From Thermoplasmatales archaeon I-plasma (lineage in GTDB: Archaea; Thermoplasmatota; Thermoplasmata; Thermoplasmatales; GCA-001856825), in NCBI GenBank assembly GCA_031961395.1, contig JAVRLO010000001.1:1-51491 (forward strand): 51,491 nt of DNA, given 5' to 3'. Within the stretch, counting starts at the first letter, position 1. The number at the start of each line of letters is the position of its first letter. The translations under genes and the position numbers were made by a program. Below, piece after piece: positions 46,144-51,491 of this stretch. Under the pieces are notes generated by a model. The model ran no database searches. It was not told the origin of the DNA and saw nothing but the letters and a program-made list of their open reading frames with translations.

Positions 46144-47619
46144 TTGAAGATAGTTAACTATTCCCGCGTTCCAATAAAGAGATATGATCCCAACGAGAGA
46201 TTAAAGGGTTTAAGTCTGCCGGTTCTAGTACCCTACACTTTGGAGGAGGTTGTTGCTGAAAGTTCTAGGTGCCTTGGATGTGGACTGTGCGTACAAGGAT
46301 GCCCGGCAAGAATAGATATACCAGGTTACCAGATAGCTATGGCCAATGGAAGGATTGAGGAAGCACTCAAGATCAATTTTGAGAAATTGCCATTTGTGGC
46401 AGTCTGCGGGAATGTGTGCCCCCATCCTTGTGAAGATGTTTGTGTACTGGATGACAATAAAGGTTCTCTTGCCACAAGACACATAAAGAAATATGTTGCA
46501 GAGAATTCAGGAGATTATAAAGATATATTAAAGGTCAAGAAAAATGACCTCGGCGGGCATCCTAATGTTGCGATCATAGGAGCGGGACCTGCTGGTTTAA
46601 CAGCTGCATTTTACTTGACAATAAATGGAATTAATGTTGATATTTTCGAGGCTACTGACAAAGCTGGAGGGATGATGGTTCATGGAATTCCTGGTTTTAG
46701 ACTTTCTAGAGATCTAATAAAGAAGGAAGTTGATCATATACTGTCCTATGGGGGCAAAATTTTTTACAATAAGAAAGTCGGTAAAGACATAAAATTTGAG
46801 GATATTATGAAAAATTACGATTCAGTTTTCATAGCTATTGGAAACTGGAACCCAACTCGCACAAGAGTAAAAGGAGAGGACCTCAAAAATGTTTATCACG
46901 CAATAGAATTCTTGCAGAGGGTAAATGGAGGCGAGAAAATTGATGTGGGAAAGACTGTTGCGATTATTGGCGGAGGATTTACGGCATTCGATGCTGCAAG
47001 AATGTCTCTAAGACTAGGAGCAGAAAAGGTATTAGTCTTATACAGAAGGGCAAAAGAAGACAGGCCAGGTTATCCTTCAAGTAATGCGGAGGAGGAGCTT
47101 GAAGAGGCGGAGGAGGAAAAAGTTGAATTTGTTTGGGAAGTTAGCCCATTTGAATATGTTGGAGAAGATGGTCGAGTCACTGGCATTAAATACTGGAAGA
47201 ATCAGATGGTTGATTCTGGTAAGGGACGAAGAGAACCTGTTCCGATGAAAGATAAGGAATATCTTCTTGAAGTCGATACTATAATTGAAGCCACCGGTCA
47301 AAAAGGTGATTTCTCGTTTATTCCTCAAGACATTCTTGAGAAAATAAAAATGACGAGTTCTGGTGACTTAATAGTTAATCAGTTCAATATGACAAGTTAT
47401 CCCGGAATTTTTGCAGGGGGAGATATAACAAATAAAAGAAAGGACATTATTAGTGGAGTAGCGGATGCTGGTAGGGCAGCAATGGGTATACTGCTTTATC
47501 TAAAAAGCATAGGCAAAATTGAAAGAGTTCCCCAGAGACTTACGAATTTTGAAAAGGGGCCTTACTCGACTACTTATTATGAAATAAAAGACGAAAGGGC
47601 CTATACACTCATTCAATAA
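46144..47619 (+). CDS. GltD-family NAD(P)H-dependent Fe-S flavoprotein oxidoreductase (glutamate synthase small-subunit-like)
   Basis: 491 aa with a TTG start. N-terminal Cys clusters are CLGCGLCVQGCP and CGNVCPHPCEDVC. Two dinucleotide folds follow, VAIIGAGPAGLTAA and VAIIGGGFTAFD. Confidence 0.8.
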   Translation: MKIVNYSRVPIKRYDPNERLKGLSLPVLVPYTLEEVVAESSRCLGCGLCVQGCPARIDIPGYQIAMANGRIEEALKINFEKLPFVAVCGNVCPHPCEDVCVLDDNKGSLATRHIKKYVAENSGDYKDILKVKKNDLGGHPNVAIIGAGPAGLTAAFYLTINGINVDIFEATDKAGGMMVHGIPGFRLSRDLIKKEVDHILSYGGKIFYNKKVGKDIKFEDIMKNYDSVFIAIGNWNPTRTRVKGEDLKNVYHAIEFLQRVNGGEKIDVGKTVAIIGGGFTAFDAARMSLRLGAEKVLVLYRRAKEDRPGYPSSNAEEELEEAEEEKVEFVWEVSPFEYVGEDGRVTGIKYWKNQMVDSGKGRREPVPMKDKEYLLEVDTIIEATGQKGDFSFIPQDILEKIKMTSSGDLIVNQFNMTSYPGIFAGGDITNKRKDIISGVADAGRAAMGILLYLKSIGKIERVPQRLTNFEKGPYSTTYYEIKDERAYTLIQ

Positions 47620-47738
47620 TTCTGTCAATCTTATTCCTGTCTTTGTGCACTTTGAATTAAATACTCCTGAGTCTTTATGGATTAAATATTTTTTAATAAT
47701 TTTATTAATTTATATAAAGTTTAAAGATAATTGCATGA

Positions 47739-49610
47739 TTATTTCTTGAGATCAGCCATGTTTTCCTTAAACCATCCCAATATCTCTTCTAATCTCTTTA
47801 CTCTGTTTCTTGGCCTTCCATTTCTAGATAAATCATGATTTTCATTTTTGAATACAATCATCCTAACTTTATTTCCATTCAATTTCATGGCAGTGTAAAA
47901 TTCATACGCTTGAGATATAGGGCATCTAAAATCTTCTTCAGAGTGTATTATAAGTAAAGGAGCTTTGGCATTCTTGTAATACTTTATAGGAGATTTATCT
48001 ATATAATGCTCATAATTTTCCACAGGATTACCTCCTATCTGATCTCCATTAAATCTCGGCCCGATATCACTTGTAAAGTAGAACGAAAACTGGTCACTGA
48101 TTGATCTGTCTGTGATTGCTGCCTTGAATCTTTCAGAATGCGTAATTATCCAGTTTACCATAAATCCGCCGTATGAACCTCCATTTACTCCTATCGAATC
48201 AGAATCAATTTTGAATTTTTTTATTGTCTCGTCAACTATTTCATTTATGTCCTTAAAATCCCTTTCTCCATATTCACCTTTTATTTCAAGAGCGAAGTCA
48301 TCACCGTAACTATCGCTTCCCCTTGGATTTGAGTAAAGCACGTTAAATCCCATCTTATTTAAAAGATGAAACTCAAAAATGAACCCCTCTCCATAAGACG
48401 TACGCGGCCCACCATGTATTTCTAATATTGTTGAATTGTTTTTCCCTTTCATAAGCCAGCAATCCAGTTCTTTCCCATCCGAAGCCTGAACTGAAAAATA
48501 TTGAGGCCTAGTGAGCTTAAATGATGAAATTGTTTTGTTAATGTCCGTAACTTTACTGAATTTACTGCTTTCTTTTACCCATATTTCTTGTGGCTTATCT
48601 GAGGCCTGTGATATGAAATATATTGCATTACCAGATACATCAAATCCATCGACTGAAAAATCTCCTGCAACTATTTTTTCGATATTTCCCTTTAAATCTA
48701 TTGTATATATGCCAGCTTTCCCTCGAATGGTAGAAATAAAATAAATTTTATCATCCACAATTTTTACAGTCCTGTTCTTTCCCATTCTAGAGTCGGAATT
48801 AACTGAATTCGATATAGAGATATCATATTCTTGTGAAATCGAAGTAATGCTTCTGTTATAATAAATCCAAAACTTTGGACTTTCAAAAATACTCCTTTTA
48901 TGACTGTTAAATAAAAATAATAGTCTTCCATCCTTTAAGAAATTTAAATTGCTTACCCCCCCTTTTTCTTGAGTTATATAAGTGAAGGTTCTTTCCTTTG
49001 TATTAAAAATTGCAAGTTTAGAATCGTAAACATCCCATCCTTTTTCTCTAACTACAACAGCAATCTCCTCTTTATTAGGAGAAGGTTCTATTTCTAAAAT
49101 ATTATTTTCTCCTCGCCACAATTCTTTCGTTCTTCCACTTAAGTACAATTGTAAAAGAATAAACTCAGAATTATGTATATAACCTTCGCCGTTGAAATAC
49201 ACTGGATAATCATCTATAATTCTATAATCTTCATCTTTTGGCTTATTCTGTAGAATGAGATATATTGACTTTGAGTTCTTATCCCATTTATATGTTTTAA
49301 TTTCTAGGTCGGTGCTATAAATTGACCTCTCATTACCATTTTCTATATCTTTCAAAATAATGTTGTTCTTTTTATCTTCCTTTGAAAAATAAATCATAAG
49401 TTTGTTGTTTGGGGAAATAATCATATCTCTATCTGTTTTACCTCTGCTATATTTCAATGCTTTTTTACCTTTTAGTTCGTAAATAGAAGAATTATAACTG
49501 TTTTCTTTTCTGTCGGGTGTAAAAATTTCGAAGAAAATCTTGTCTTTTACAATATTAATATTAGAAATAAATTTTAAATCATAAAAATTTTCAGGTTTTA
49601 ATTGAGCCAT
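47739..49610 (-). CDS. S9-family serine peptidase (acylaminoacyl-peptidase / prolyl oligopeptidase-like)
   Basis: 623 aa with an N-terminal beta-propeller-like region and a C-terminal alpha/beta hydrolase. The nucleophile elbow is GVNGGSYGG, Asp is in HSEEDFRCP and His is in NENHDLS. Confidence 0.85.
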   Translation of the reverse strand: MAQLKPENFYDLKFISNINIVKDKIFFEIFTPDRKENSYNSSIYELKGKKALKYSRGKTDRDMIISPNNKLMIYFSKEDKKNNIILKDIENGNERSIYSTDLEIKTYKWDKNSKSIYLILQNKPKDEDYRIIDDYPVYFNGEGYIHNSEFILLQLYLSGRTKELWRGENNILEIEPSPNKEEIAVVVREKGWDVYDSKLAIFNTKERTFTYITQEKGGVSNLNFLKDGRLLFLFNSHKRSIFESPKFWIYYNRSITSISQEYDISISNSVNSDSRMGKNRTVKIVDDKIYFISTIRGKAGIYTIDLKGNIEKIVAGDFSVDGFDVSGNAIYFISQASDKPQEIWVKESSKFSKVTDINKTISSFKLTRPQYFSVQASDGKELDCWLMKGKNNSTILEIHGGPRTSYGEGFIFEFHLLNKMGFNVLYSNPRGSDSYGDDFALEIKGEYGERDFKDINEIVDETIKKFKIDSDSIGVNGGSYGGFMVNWIITHSERFKAAITDRSISDQFSFYFTSDIGPRFNGDQIGGNPVENYEHYIDKSPIKYYKNAKAPLLIIHSEEDFRCPISQAYEFYTAMKLNGNKVRMIVFKNENHDLSRNGRPRNRVKRLEEILGWFKENMADLKK

Positions 49611-49748
49611 AGTTAATTATCATTCAATGTTATAAATTTCTTTTCTCTTTATTATATAAAATCACAATTACCTAGGAAAATTAAATCCAGTGACCTTATT
49701 AGAGAATAGTATAATAGAATAAAAGATACGAGAATTTGCAGGCTATTT

Positions 49749-51335
49749 TTATGCACCTCCAATTGACCCTTTCTTTACCTCTTTTCTTACTTCTGCGCTG
49801 AGACGGCCCAGTTCTTCTTTTTCTCTGTTTACAAATCTAAAAAATGGCCTTACCGATGGATTTACCTCGGTTACTTTGTCCATTATTTTCCAGCTTATCT
49901 CTCTTAGATCGAAATGAGCCTGAGGAGTTGATCTGAGCTCAGTCATATATATTATTTCCCGCAGATTGGAAGTAAAAATTACAGGATATTTATATCCAAA
50001 CGGAACCACATATTGCGCTATAAATGGATCTATATCTTTCAATTTATTATACAATCTTTTTGCTTCCTCCATTCTTGACCTGTAAATAGATAATAAATTA
50101 TTTTCATTGAGGATTGTCGGAGGTATTTCGTATCCAAAGTTAGTACTGAGCAATTTTCTTTGCAACGAAAGCAGTCTATGCCTTTGTAATTCCCTAAAAG
50201 CTCCAAAATTTGTTAAGACCTCAAAAGTATAATTCACGTGTTCTAGACTCCTGTCAGGTTTATGCCGCCTATTATTTCTCGTTGATGATATTTCTTCAAT
50301 CATTTTTCTCCTTTCCTCTGCTTTCATTGCTATCACATTTTTTTCTATTTCATTGTATAAACCTTCACTCCTCTCAAAATAGAAGGAAGTAAGTATTGAT
50401 AAAACCGCGTTATCATCGTTCTCATAATTCAATATTTTAACGAGCTCGTTGTTATCATTGCTTATGTCTTTGAAGTAATCCTCCTTCAAATATATTGGTA
50501 AGTTTCTAATCTTTCTCAAGTATTCTATGGTCGAAATTCCATATTGGGATTCGACAGAATCAATTAGCTTAGGGAAAATTCCTTTCATTTCCTTTAGTAG
50601 TTCTTCGTATAGCCAAATAGATTCACTTGAATTTATAGATTTTAATCTTTCCAGTAAGTGGGCAAATGCTCTAGCATTCCCACTTATCCCAATGTTAGTT
50701 AATGTGGACGCCGGAAGAATAAACCTTGCCTCGTCCAAAGCTCTGCTCCTTATTGAAGTTTCATATGATTTTGTTAAAATTTTATCTGTTTCAGAATCCT
50801 TTCCTAGCATCAGTTTTTCACCATTAGGCATCTTAAAATTTGCATTTTCAATAGGATAAATTTCCTTTAGTCTGACTATCAGTTCCTTTCTGATCTTCGA
50901 ATAATCACTGAAAGATTCATCACAGTATTGAATATACTGTTCATATAAATTATTAGGGATTCCTATCCTTTCTGGGTCCGCATAGAGATATTTTGAATTT
51001 ATTTTATTATCGTAATACACGTATCTAGAACTTTTCTCGAGATATGATAACCCTATTCTACCCTCCTCAATAATTTTAGAGAGGATATTGCTAACATTCT
51101 GGATCCCTACCTGAGCAGTGACAAGTTCAGAAATTGATTCGTCTCCATATTCTAAAAAAATTAACTCATAAAAATGTTCACCTTTGTTTTCTTCCCCGGA
51201 AAATTCCCTATCCCACAATTTTCTCAAGTCAACCTCAGCTGTCCTACTGTATCTTGACATCAATGCACCCCTGTCTATCATTTTTGGAAGATTTATTATG
51301 AATACATCCCTGTCTCTATTAGAAAAATATTCCAT
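49749..51335 (-). CDS. ThyX-like (Thy1 domain) protein, double-length form
   Basis: 528 aa. The C-terminal half carries ELQRHRLLSLQR, which resembles the ThyX RHRxxS motif. The N-terminal half has SRYSRT and YGDESISEL blocks, suggesting a degenerate second Thy1-like module. Confidence 0.5.
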   Translation of the reverse strand: MEYFSNRDRDVFIINLPKMIDRGALMSRYSRTAEVDLRKLWDREFSGEENKGEHFYELIFLEYGDESISELVTAQVGIQNVSNILSKIIEEGRIGLSYLEKSSRYVYYDNKINSKYLYADPERIGIPNNLYEQYIQYCDESFSDYSKIRKELIVRLKEIYPIENANFKMPNGEKLMLGKDSETDKILTKSYETSIRSRALDEARFILPASTLTNIGISGNARAFAHLLERLKSINSSESIWLYEELLKEMKGIFPKLIDSVESQYGISTIEYLRKIRNLPIYLKEDYFKDISNDNNELVKILNYENDDNAVLSILTSFYFERSEGLYNEIEKNVIAMKAEERRKMIEEISSTRNNRRHKPDRSLEHVNYTFEVLTNFGAFRELQRHRLLSLQRKLLSTNFGYEIPPTILNENNLLSIYRSRMEEAKRLYNKLKDIDPFIAQYVVPFGYKYPVIFTSNLREIIYMTELRSTPQAHFDLREISWKIMDKVTEVNPSVRPFFRFVNREKEELGRLSAEVRKEVKKGSIGGA

Positions 51336-51491
51336 AATAAAGTAATTTTAGACTCAATTTATTTTTTTCTATCTGAAAGGTATTAGGGAACATCTTTAGG
51401 AAAAGTTCTAGTAATGTCTTGAGATCTATCAGATTGCAATGAATAATGGAAAACAAATACCCTTTCTGAAGGAAAAAATAAAAATCCGTGA

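Noticed and set aside
51439-51491. A plus-strand ATG at 51439 opens a frame (MNNGKQIPFLKEKIKIR...) that runs off the right edge.
   Set aside because: Only 17 codons are visible, too short to support as a gene.

Overview
The window looks like a low-GC (roughly mid-30s %, by eye) archaeal chromosome segment, most consistent with an acidophilic Thermoplasmatales-like euryarchaeon. Support for this: archaea-specific r-proteins L19e, L32e, S4e and L40e; aSUI1 and RNase P Rpp29 inside the r-protein operon; archaeal-type adenylate and cytidylate kinases; a class II RNR; a Thermoplasma-type NAPRTase with a C-terminal Cys/His knuckle; and a secreted S53 sedolisin protease. The centre (15.8-31.6 kb, minus strand) is the canonical L3...L15-secY-adk-DUF106-cmk-cbf5 super-operon. 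Two small genes there are missing from the ORF track and were found by hand translation: uS14 and, elsewhere, eL40. The left arm is housekeeping: Trm11-like methyltransferase, purM, peroxiredoxin, acylphosphatase, a FecB/CD/E-type ABC importer, a GHMP kinase plus coaBC, cysS, pncA plus NAPRTase, and pcp. It also carries an unusual two-gene module at 12.1-13.3 kb. The right arm holds nrdJ, a wHTH regulator, rpiA, xerA, acyl-CoA dehydrogenase, an MBL hydrolase, a PurM-superfamily orphan, a QueG-like Fe-S protein, the S53 protease, a ~1 kb non-coding gap, a TPR protein, a GltD-like oxidoreductase, an S9 peptidase and a double-length ThyX-like protein. I found no tRNA, rRNA, CRISPR array or clear mobile element. 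The best candidate for something undescribed is the 12082-13252 module. It is a Cas4/PD-(D/E)xK Fe-S nuclease with a four-helix membrane insertion, tightly coupled to a small upstream ORF, with no CRISPR-cas context. All calls rest on hand translation, remembered family motifs and gene order. No database search was run.
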